Of a stretch of DNA of 52,158 nt, positions 41,491 through 48,612 are shown piece after piece. A program made the translations under genes and the position numbers. The notes under the pieces are model-generated. The model was not told the DNA's origin, searched no databases, and was given only the letters and a program-made list of their open reading frames with translations. The DNA lies in the NCBI GenBank assembly GCA_946611605.1, contig CAMODU010000002.1:1-52158 (forward strand), written 5' to 3'. The first letter of the stretch is position 1, and the number at the start of each line of letters is the position of its first letter. The DNA is from an uncultured bacterium (lineage in GTDB: Bacteria; Bacillota_I; Bacilli_A; RF39; UBA660).

Positions 41491-42936
41491 ATGCAATTAG
41501 AAGATTTAATCGAAAGATTACAAGATTACACATATGACGAAAAAACGTTCATTTTGCGTGCTTTTGCCTTTGCTAGACGTGCCCATAAAGGACAGGTAAG
41601 AAAATCTGGAGAACCTTATATTATTCATCCTATAGCAGTTGCATGTATATTAGCTGAAATGCATGCTGATCCTGATACTGTTGCTGCAGGTTTATTACAT
41701 GATGTAGTAGAGGATTGTAATGTTTCTAGAGAAGTAATAGAAACATCATTTAATCCAACTGTTGCTATGTTAGTTGAAGGTGTTACTAAAATTAGAAAGA
41801 ATGAAGTAGAAGATCCAGAAGATAGAGAAGATGCTAACTTAAAGAAAATCATTGAATCTATTACAGTTGATATTAGAATATTTATTATTAAGCTTGCCGA
41901 TAGATTACATAATATGAGAACTATGGAATATATGAATGCTGAAAAACAAAAAGCTAAAGCTCAAGAAACTATTAAAGTATATGTTCATATAGCATATTTA
42001 TTAGGTGAATATAAGATTAAGAATGAATTAGAAGACTTAGCATTTAGATATGCTATGCCTAAAGAATATGTAGAAATGCAAGAATTATATAATAAATATA
42101 TGTTAGAAAAAAGAGAAACATTTGATGAAGTAATGATGACTTCAGCAAATACTTTAAATCAAGACCACTATGATTATGGTTTAATGCTAAGAGTAAAGCA
42201 TTTATATGGTATATATAGGAGATTATTAAAGAATGATTCTATTAATAATATACATGATTTAACTGCTTTAAGAATATTTATTGATGATATAGGTCAATGC
42301 TATAAAGCTAAAGATAGATTAAGAGAAATATTCCCATCAGTACCAGGTCATTATAAAGACTATATTGTATCTCCTAAGACTAACAGATATATGGGATTAC
42401 ATAATACAATATTTGCTGAAGATGGAACTATGATACAATTACAATTCATGACTAATAATATGTATAGAATTAATCAATATGGTATAACTGAGTATTGGAA
42501 ACATATAAATACTGATGAAAAACATAAAATACCTCAAGAAATGCAAGATGAAGTAAAAAGAAGACAGTTTTATCAATTCTTAGAGTATATTGGAAAAGAA
42601 GATTTATCTTTCCAAGAATATTCGGAAGAAATAAGAAGTGATATCTTATCTAAAATGATATATGTAGAAACTCCTAAGAAGAATGTTGTAGAATTACCTG
42701 AAAATTCTACAGTATTAGATTATGCATTTAGAATATATCCTGAAAGAGCAATTCATCTATGGAAAGCTACAGTAAATGGAGAGGTAGTACCATTTGATAA
42801 GGTATTAACTAATAAAGATGTAGTTAGAATACTATATGATGATACTGTAACCTTAGATACAAGCAATTTAGAGGGAGTTTGTACTACTCATTTTGCAAAG
42901 AGAAAAATAAAAGAGTTAAATAAAAAAAATAATTAG
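41491..42936 (+). CDS. Truncated RelA/SpoT homologue (HD hydrolase, degenerate synthetase, TGS; no C-terminal ZFD/ACT region)
   Basis: RBS is GGGGGGTGAT. HD boxes are RKSGEPYIIHP, LLHDVVED and LADRLHNMRT. Synthetase boxes are LRVKHLYGIYRRL, DLTALRIFI and YKDYIVSPKTNRYMGLHNT, but the EVQIRT box reads QLQFMT. The TGS segment is IYVETPKKNVVELPENSTVLDYAFRIYPERA...VNGEVVPFD. The protein ends at 481 aa. Confidence 0.85.
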   Translation: MQLEDLIERLQDYTYDEKTFILRAFAFARRAHKGQVRKSGEPYIIHPIAVACILAEMHADPDTVAAGLLHDVVEDCNVSREVIETSFNPTVAMLVEGVTKIRKNEVEDPEDREDANLKKIIESITVDIRIFIIKLADRLHNMRTMEYMNAEKQKAKAQETIKVYVHIAYLLGEYKIKNELEDLAFRYAMPKEYVEMQELYNKYMLEKRETFDEVMMTSANTLNQDHYDYGLMLRVKHLYGIYRRLLKNDSINNIHDLTALRIFIDDIGQCYKAKDRLREIFPSVPGHYKDYIVSPKTNRYMGLHNTIFAEDGTMIQLQFMTNNMYRINQYGITEYWKHINTDEKHKIPQEMQDEVKRRQFYQFLEYIGKEDLSFQEYSEEIRSDILSKMIYVETPKKNVVELPENSTVLDYAFRIYPERAIHLWKATVNGEVVPFDKVLTNKDVVRILYDDTVTLDTSNLEGVCTTHFAKRKIKELNKKNN

Positions 42937-42959
42937 CACTTTCTATTGACAAGTGCTAA
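42933..42959. promoter_or_regulatory. CIRCE-type inverted repeat (HrcA operator)
   Basis: TTAGCACTT-N9-AAGTGCTAA compares with consensus TTAGCACTC-N9-GAGTGCTAA. The single change is compensatory, so the palindrome stays perfect. It overlaps the rel stop codon and the hsp20 -35. Confidence 0.8.
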
Positions 42960-42974
42960 TTTTTGTATTATATT
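42946..42974 (+). promoter_or_regulatory. Sigma-A-type promoter for hsp20, embedded in CIRCE
   Basis: -35 TTGACA (42946-42951), 17-nt spacer, -10 TATATT (42969-42974). Confidence 0.6.
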
Positions 42975-43005
42975 ATAATTGTAATACAAGAAAGGAAGTG
43001 AAAAT

Positions 43006-43386
43006 ATGTTACCAAGTAGAATATTCTTTGATGATTTCATGGACGATTTTCACAAAGAAAAACATTCAGGAATGAAGATGGATATCTATGAGAAAGATGA
43101 CAAATATATTGTTGAAGTAGATGCTCCTGGATATAAGAAAGATGATATTAAAATTTCTTGTGAAAATGGATATTTAACTATTGAAGCTTCTAAAAAACAA
43201 GAAGATCATGAAGATAGAAAGTATCTACACCGTGAAAGAGTCATGGTAGGAAGAGAAACTAGACAAGTATATGTTGGTGATATAGATGAAGAATCTATTA
43301 AAGCTGAATTTAAAGATGGTACTTTAGTAGTTACTCTTGATAAAGAAGAAAAGAAGAAAGAAACTAAATATATTGATATAAAATAG
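43006..43386 (+). CDS. Small heat-shock protein (Hsp20/alpha-crystallin family)
   Basis: RBS is AAAGGAAGTGA. The alpha-crystallin domain reads MDIYEKDDKYIVEVDAPGYKKDDIKI...YLTIEA...ESIKAEFKDGTLVVTLDK. Confidence 0.88.
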   Translation: MLPSRIFFDDFMDDFHKEKHSGMKMDIYEKDDKYIVEVDAPGYKKDDIKISCENGYLTIEASKKQEDHEDRKYLHRERVMVGRETRQVYVGDIDEESIKAEFKDGTLVVTLDKEEKKKETKYIDIK

Positions 43387-43404
43387 GTAGAAATACCTAT
43401 TTTT
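43383..43404 (+). terminator. Intrinsic terminator
   Basis: ATAGGTA (43383-43389) pairs with TACCTAT (43394-43400) around loop GAAA, followed by TTTT. Confidence 0.65.
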
Positions 43405-43433
43405 CTTATGTATAATACTTATAGGTGATGTAT

Positions 43434-43733
43434 ATGGAATATGATGATCCATATAAGTATATGATATCTGGTTACTATGGTATTGAATTATTAGATGAAT
43501 ATAAAGATAAACAATACTTACTTAAAGATATTAGAATATATATAAATAACTATTTAGAAGATAATAAAATAGATGGATTTGACTATGAATCTTTAAATGA
43601 TGAGATAGAAAAAACTAGATCAGATCTAGATAAATTTCAAGATGCATTAATACTATTAAATGATATGAATGCACCTATGGAACCAAGTATACTAATACGT
43701 AATAGAATTGATGAGTTAAAGAGGAACAATTAG
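43434..43733 (+). CDS. Hypothetical protein (99 aa)
   Basis: ORF track gives 43425, a GTG inside AGGTGAT; ATG 43434 is preferred. No recognised motif. Confidence 0.55.
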   Translation: MEYDDPYKYMISGYYGIELLDEYKDKQYLLKDIRIYINNYLEDNKIDGFDYESLNDEIEKTRSDLDKFQDALILLNDMNAPMEPSILIRNRIDELKRNN

Positions 43734-43743
43734 TTCCTTTTTT
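43722..43743 (+). terminator. Intrinsic terminator
   Basis: AGGAAC (43722-43727) pairs with GTTCCT (43733-43738), followed by T6. Confidence 0.65.
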
Positions 43744-43769
43744 ATATGCTTTTTATGGGGCTTCTCAAT

Positions 43770-43798
43770 TTGACAAATAGGGTGTTAAGTGGTATCAT
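43770..43798 (+). promoter_or_regulatory. Sigma-A-type promoter for the sortase operon
   Basis: -35 TTGACA (43770-43775), 17-nt spacer, extended -10 TGGTATCAT (43790-43798). A leader of about 100 nt follows. Confidence 0.6.
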
Positions 43799-43904
43799 AT
43801 AACGCAATTCAAGGGGATTTGGTTGATTATTGGTAATTTTAAGGGGTTGAAATTATTGTTAATTATATTTCTTTGAATTAAAAGAATAAAAGGGTGTGGT
43901 TGAT

Positions 43905-45521
43905 ATGATAGAATCTAAACAATCTATGGTATCAAGAAATTCTAATCATAATCCTGAAGTTAAGAAACAACTCAAAGAAATTAAGAAATTACAAAAAGAA
44001 TTAGAACAAAAGAAAAAGGACTATGAAAAGAAAGTGGCTAAAGACAAAGAGAGAACTCTTAAAGTCATAGCTGCAAAAGAAGCTCAAGTAACTAAAGAAA
44101 AGCTTAGAAGAAGAAAAGAACTATCTAAAAAGATAGAAGCTAAACTTAAAGAAGAAGCTAAAGAAAGAAAGTTACAAGAGAAGAAAGCAATTAAAGAATC
44201 ATTGATTCAAGAAAAAGCAAGATTAAAAGAAGCTCAAGAAAAAGCAAGATTAGCTGAAGCTTATAAAAGACAAAAAGAAGCTGAAGAAATCAAAAAGGCT
44301 AAATTACTTGAAGCAGAAAGAAAACATATCTTAGCTGAACAAGCTAAACAAGAAAGATATGAACAAAGACTTGCGAACAAAGAAGCTAGAAGATTAAAAG
44401 TAATAGCTGCTAAAGAATCAAGATATAAGAAAATGATTGCTGGTAAGGATTTCTTGAAAGGTAAGATTAAGAATCTTAAAGTATATGCCAAAAAGGCAGC
44501 TGTTGTTGGATTACTAGCAGGTTCTATAGTTTTAGTTTATAAATCTAATATTATTCCAAATACTATATCAGATCTTAAACAAAAGAAACTAATAGAACAA
44601 TCAATCGAGGATAATAAGGAATCTGAAATTGAGATGACAGTACAACCTGTTGAACCAATTGAAGAGAAAGTCGAAGAAGAGGAAGAAGAAATAGAAGTTG
44701 AGGTTGAACAACCACATGAAATTATTTCAACTGAATTATACGACGATGGATTTGAATTTGACGAAACTGTCACACCAGAAATGTTAAATACAATTAATCC
44801 GATATTATCCGATAACACATGTTGGATTTGTATACCTGGTACAAACATCAATTATCCAGTAGTACATCCAAGTATTAATAACATTGACCAAGTCGAAGGT
44901 TTAAGAAGTGATATTGAAAAATCAAATTTAGATGATGATGTCTATATGAATCAATATTTCTTACGTAAAAACTTAACTGGAGACAAGTCATCAGATGGAA
45001 CTTTATTCTTAGACATTTATAATAATACTTTAAATCGTCCTAGTGGTGAATTAAGTGATATGAATGTTATATATGGTCATAAGATGAAATCAGGTGCAAT
45101 GTTTAGTGATTTACACAAATGGAAATACGATGCAACAGGAACTTACAATGCTGAACATCCATATGGTATTATCTATACCAATGATGGATATGGTTATAAA
45201 GTAACATTTATAACTTCTAGATTAATATCTGGAGAATCTAACTCTATATTACATTTGAATAACTTTGAAAGTTATGAAGAAAAATGTGAATATATACAAT
45301 CAATAATGGATGAAGCCAAAGAAAATGGATGGTTCACATTAGATGATTATTCAGTTGAAGAAGACGATAAATTCCTAAGTTTAATCGCTTGTTCGTATGA
45401 AGCTGATAATATGAGATATCAATTAATTGGTGTCTTAGATAAAATCAAAGTAAGAGATACAAATTTAGCTTATAATGAAAATGGCTATTATGTAGAAGAA
45501 AGTTCTACATTACATAGATAG
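43905..45521 (+). CDS. Class-B-like sortase with a roughly 195-aa Lys/Glu-rich cytoplasmic N-terminal extension
   Basis: ORF track gives 43896, a GTG inside GGGTGTGG; ATG 43905 is preferred. About 195 aa of K/E/A coiled-coil-like sequence contain the internal repeat R(T/R)LKVIAAKE(A/S). The TM is AAVVGLLAGSIVLVY and an acidic linker follows. The sortase domain has CWICIPGTNINYPVV, DGTLFLD, NVIYGHKMKSGAMFSDL (His), LSLIACS (Cys) and NMRYQLIG (Arg). Confidence 0.8.
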   Translation: MIESKQSMVSRNSNHNPEVKKQLKEIKKLQKELEQKKKDYEKKVAKDKERTLKVIAAKEAQVTKEKLRRRKELSKKIEAKLKEEAKERKLQEKKAIKESLIQEKARLKEAQEKARLAEAYKRQKEAEEIKKAKLLEAERKHILAEQAKQERYEQRLANKEARRLKVIAAKESRYKKMIAGKDFLKGKIKNLKVYAKKAAVVGLLAGSIVLVYKSNIIPNTISDLKQKKLIEQSIEDNKESEIEMTVQPVEPIEEKVEEEEEEIEVEVEQPHEIISTELYDDGFEFDETVTPEMLNTINPILSDNTCWICIPGTNINYPVVHPSINNIDQVEGLRSDIEKSNLDDDVYMNQYFLRKNLTGDKSSDGTLFLDIYNNTLNRPSGELSDMNVIYGHKMKSGAMFSDLHKWKYDATGTYNAEHPYGIIYTNDGYGYKVTFITSRLISGESNSILHLNNFESYEEKCEYIQSIMDEAKENGWFTLDDYSVEEDDKFLSLIACSYEADNMRYQLIGVLDKIKVRDTNLAYNENGYYVEESSTLHR

Positions 45522-45539
45522 AAGAGGGAGTGTTGATAT

Positions 45540-46229
45540 ATGAAAGCTAAGAAGAATTTAAGATTATTATTGGGAGCATTAACTATGGGTATTGCATTAA
45601 CTACAGCAAATCCAATAGTAGCTCACGCAGAATTAGTTGATGAAACTAATGAATGGACTCAAGAAGGAGAAACACATTACGAAGATATCAGTCAATCAGA
45701 GAATGAACAACATACTGCTGATAATGTTCAAAACCAAAATAATGGTGGAGAAACTCCAGCACCACAAAATGCTAATGCAGTAGTTGATAATTCACAAGGT
45801 GGCAATCCACCTTCAACAACACCTGATACACCATCAGGAACTGGTTCAACTGGTAATGCTGATCCAACACAAGGAGAAGTTACAAATTGGGAAGATTATG
45901 ATCCTACAACTGATCCAACTTGGAATCCAATTGATCCAAGATTACCAGATGGTTTACCAGATGAAGTAGATAAGAAATCTTATCCAGATAATCCAGATCA
46001 TCCAGATAATCCAGACCATCCAAATAATCCAGAAACTCCAACTAATACTACAACTACAACAACAGTACCTGTAAACACTTTAGTAGTTAAGGAACAAGAA
46101 ATACCTCATACTGGTGTACCAGTTGCTGAAGGTGCTGCTACTGTTGCAGGTTTAGCTGGTATCATGGCTGGATTAAAGAAGATTATTTCTTCAAGAAGAA
46201 AATTTAAAACTGCAAGTAAAAATAAATAA
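45540..46229 (+). CDS. Cell-wall-anchored surface protein with a variant sorting signal IPHTG
   Basis: RBS is AGAGGGAG, 18 nt after the sortase stop. The signal peptide is ...TTANPIVAHA. The body is Pro/Asn/Asp/Thr-rich and low complexity. The C-terminus reads KEQE-IPHTG-VPVAEGAATVAGLAGIMAGL-KKIISSRRKFK, which is motif, hydrophobic stretch and basic tail. IPHTG is at nt 46101-46115. Confidence 0.8.
   Translation: MKAKKNLRLLLGALTMGIALTTANPIVAHAELVDETNEWTQEGETHYEDISQSENEQHTADNVQNQNNGGETPAPQNANAVVDNSQGGNPPSTTPDTPSGTGSTGNADPTQGEVTNWEDYDPTTDPTWNPIDPRLPDGLPDEVDKKSYPDNPDHPDNPDHPNNPETPTNTTTTTTVPVNTLVVKEQEIPHTGVPVAEGAATVAGLAGIMAGLKKIISSRRKFKTASKNK
45987..46040 (+). repeat. 3 x 18-bp in-frame tandem repeat
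   Basis: The units are GATAATCCAGATCATCCA / GATAATCCAGACCATCCA / AATAATCCAGAAACTCCA, encoding DNPDHP DNPDHP NNPETP. Confidence 0.9.
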
Positions 46230-46252
46230 GAATGATTAATATCATTCTTTTT
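46228..46252 (+). terminator. Intrinsic terminator
   Basis: AAGAATGAT (46228-46236) pairs with ATCATTCTT (46241-46249) around loop TAAT, followed by a T-run. Confidence 0.75.
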
Positions 46253-46331
46253 ATTTGTATGTAAACTAATATATAATCATATCTTTTAAGATTTATATAT
46301 ATGATAAAATATATATAGGAGATGAATATAT

Positions 46332-47324
46332 ATGTTAATATTAGCTAAATCAATATTAAGTATTACTTTAGGTTTAGTAATAGCTATTGTTACAGGTTTA
46401 ATTGCATTACCTTTCTTAAGAAAGTTAAAAGCAACACAAACTGTATCTAATTTAATAAACAAAAGACATCAATTAAAGAATGGAACACCAACATTAGGAG
46501 GAATTATATTTATTATTCCACCTTTAATAATAACTACAATGTTAGCTATTAGAGGTTCTATGGAAATGAATGCTAATCTAATAATTATATTATTAGTATT
46601 TGTTGCTTATGCAATATTAGGATTTATTGATGATTATTTAAAGATTAAAGAACATAATAATAAAGGATTACCAACATTAGTTAAATTATTCTTTCAAATA
46701 ATATTAGCTATTGTATTTACTTTTATTTATATTAAGAATGGTGGAACAACTGCTTTAGATGTATCATTATTTGGAATACATTTAGAATTAGGTTGGGGAT
46801 ATGCATTATTTGTATTATTCTTACTTGTTGCTACTACAAATGCAGTAAATATAACTGATGGATTAGATGGATTATGTGGCGGATTATCTGCTATGGCATT
46901 CTTAGCATATGGTGTTATAGCATTTGGTTCTACATGGATTATGGGATCTGAATCAATTGCGTTATTCTCATTTACATTAGTAGGATCAATAATAGGTTTC
47001 TTATTATTTAATTCACATCCTGCAAAAGTATTCATGGGTGATACTGGATCTCTTGCGTTAGGTGGTGCATTAGCATCAATAGCAATACTTACTCACCATG
47101 AAATATCACTTGCATTAATAGGTGGAGTATTTGTAATAGAAACATTATCAAGTTTAATTCAAATAATTGCTATAAGAAAATTCAATAAGAAAGTATTCTT
47201 AAAAGCTCCATTACATCATCATTTTGAAGAGTTAGGATGGGAAGAAACAGATATTGTTAAAGTATTCTGGGTTGCTGGATTCTTACTAGCTATGTTTGGT
47301 GTAATATATGGTGTATGGTTATAA
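46332..47324 (+). CDS. mraY: Phospho-N-acetylmuramoyl-pentapeptide transferase
   Basis: RBS is AGGAGAT. Boxes are GTPTLGGIIFI, FIDDYLKI, NAVNITDGLDGL, MGDTGSLALGG and PLHHHFE. The protein has about 10 TMs. Confidence 0.93.
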   Translation: MLILAKSILSITLGLVIAIVTGLIALPFLRKLKATQTVSNLINKRHQLKNGTPTLGGIIFIIPPLIITTMLAIRGSMEMNANLIIILLVFVAYAILGFIDDYLKIKEHNNKGLPTLVKLFFQIILAIVFTFIYIKNGGTTALDVSLFGIHLELGWGYALFVLFLLVATTNAVNITDGLDGLCGGLSAMAFLAYGVIAFGSTWIMGSESIALFSFTLVGSIIGFLLFNSHPAKVFMGDTGSLALGGALASIAILTHHEISLALIGGVFVIETLSSLIQIIAIRKFNKKVFLKAPLHHHFEELGWEETDIVKVFWVAGFLLAMFGVIYGVWL

Positions 47325-47350
47325 AAAGTAGAGAAAAATCTACTTTTTTT
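47324..47350 (+). terminator. Intrinsic terminator
   Basis: AAAAGTAGA (47324-47332) pairs with TCTACTTTT (47339-47347), followed by a T-run. Confidence 0.8.
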
Positions 47351-47558
47351 ATTTATTTTGTCGAAAAATAGAAATAAATCTTTAATATATATTATTAGGG
47401 GGATATATAATTATCCTCATTGATATAGTAGCCTTATATGATATAATTATGTAAAGAATAACTTGGGAAATTAATAATATATACAAATGTTCGTAAAAAC
47501 TATTGACTTTTGTTTTTAGTGATTATAAAATTAAATTATGATAAAGGAGATATAACAA

Positions 47559-48560
47559 ATGGCAAAGAAAATTGATACAAACGATAAAGCTTTAGAAGAA
47601 GTAATGGCTGAAATAGAAAAACAATTTGGTAAAGGTTCAATCATGAAGCTTTCTGAAGATACAAAAGTAGAAGTAGAAACTGTACCAACAGGATCATTAA
47701 GTTTAGATATAGCTTTAGGAGCAGGTGGATTTCCTAAAGGAAGAATTATAGAAGTATTTGGCCCTGAATCATCAGGTAAAACTACTATTGCACTTCAAGC
47801 AGTTGCTGAAGTACAAAAACAAGGAGGAAGAGCAGCATTTATTGATGCTGAACATGCACTTGATCCTGTATATGCAAAAGCATTAGGAGTTAATTTAGAT
47901 GAGTTATTATTATCTCAACCTGATACTGGAGAACAAGCATTAGAAATATGTGAAGCATTAGTTAGATCTGGTGCTGTACAAATTGTTGTAATAGATTCAG
48001 TTGCAGCATTAGTACCACAAGCAGAAATTGAAGGTGAGATGGGAGATTCTCATGTTGGTCTTCAAGCAAGATTAATGTCTCAAGCATTAAGAAAATTAGC
48101 TGGTATTATTAACAAAACTAATACTATAGCAATATTCATTAACCAATTAAGAGAAAAAGTAGGTATTATGTTTGGTAATCCTGAAACTACTACAGGTGGT
48201 AGAGCATTAAAGTTCTATGCATCAGTTAGATTAGATGTTAGACGTGGAGAACAAATTAAATTAGGAGATTCTGTAATTGGTAATAGAACTACTATTAAAG
48301 TAGTTAAAAATAAGGTTGCTCCTCCATTCAAAACAGCTACAGTTGATATGATGTATGGTGAAGGTGTATCTTATGAAGGTGAATTAGTAGATTTAGGTGC
48401 TGAAATAGGTGTACTTGAAAAATCTGGTGCTTGGTATTCTTACAATGGAGAAAAAATTGGTCAAGGTAAAGAAAATACTAAGATATTCTTAAAGAACAAT
48501 CCTGACATGGCTGCTGATATAGATAGAGCTATAAGACAACATTATAATATAGAAGGTTAA
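47559..48560 (+). CDS. recA: Recombinase RecA
   Basis: RBS is AAAGGAGAT. Boxes are Walker [30 protein letters not shown], and the L2 loop region [20 protein letters not shown]. Confidence 0.97.
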   Translation: MAKKIDTNDKALEEVMAEIEKQFGKGSIMKLSEDTKVEVETVPTGSLSLDIALGAGGFPKGRIIEVFGPESSGKTTIALQAVAEVQKQGGRAAFIDAEHALDPVYAKALGVNLDELLLSQPDTGEQALEICEALVRSGAVQIVVIDSVAALVPQAEIEGEMGDSHVGLQARLMSQALRKLAGIINKTNTIAIFINQLREKVGIMFGNPETTTGGRALKFYASVRLDVRRGEQIKLGDSVIGNRTTIKVVKNKVAPPFKTATVDMMYGEGVSYEGELVDLGAEIGVLEKSGAWYSYNGEKIGQGKENTKIFLKNNPDMAADIDRAIRQHYNIEG

Positions 48561-48575
48561 TAACCTTCTTTTTCT
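48551..48575 (+). terminator. Intrinsic terminator overlapping the recA stop
   Basis: AGAAGGTT (48551-48558) pairs with AACCTTCT (48562-48569), followed by a T-run. Confidence 0.7.
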
Positions 48576-48612
48576 TTACTAATAATAGGTAGGAGTTATA
48601 TAATAATTAGTT

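Noticed and set aside
45784-45969. A 61-aa alternative-frame plus-strand ORF
   Set aside because: It is nested in the 45540 gene, whose own frame carries a signal peptide and a sorting signal. It has no SD.
47480-47493. A LexA (Cheo) box upstream of recA: TATACAAATGTTCG
   Set aside because: Only the right half-site (GTTCG) matches CGAAC-N4-GTTCG. The left half reads TATAC. The site lies upstream of the putative -35 rather than overlapping the promoter.
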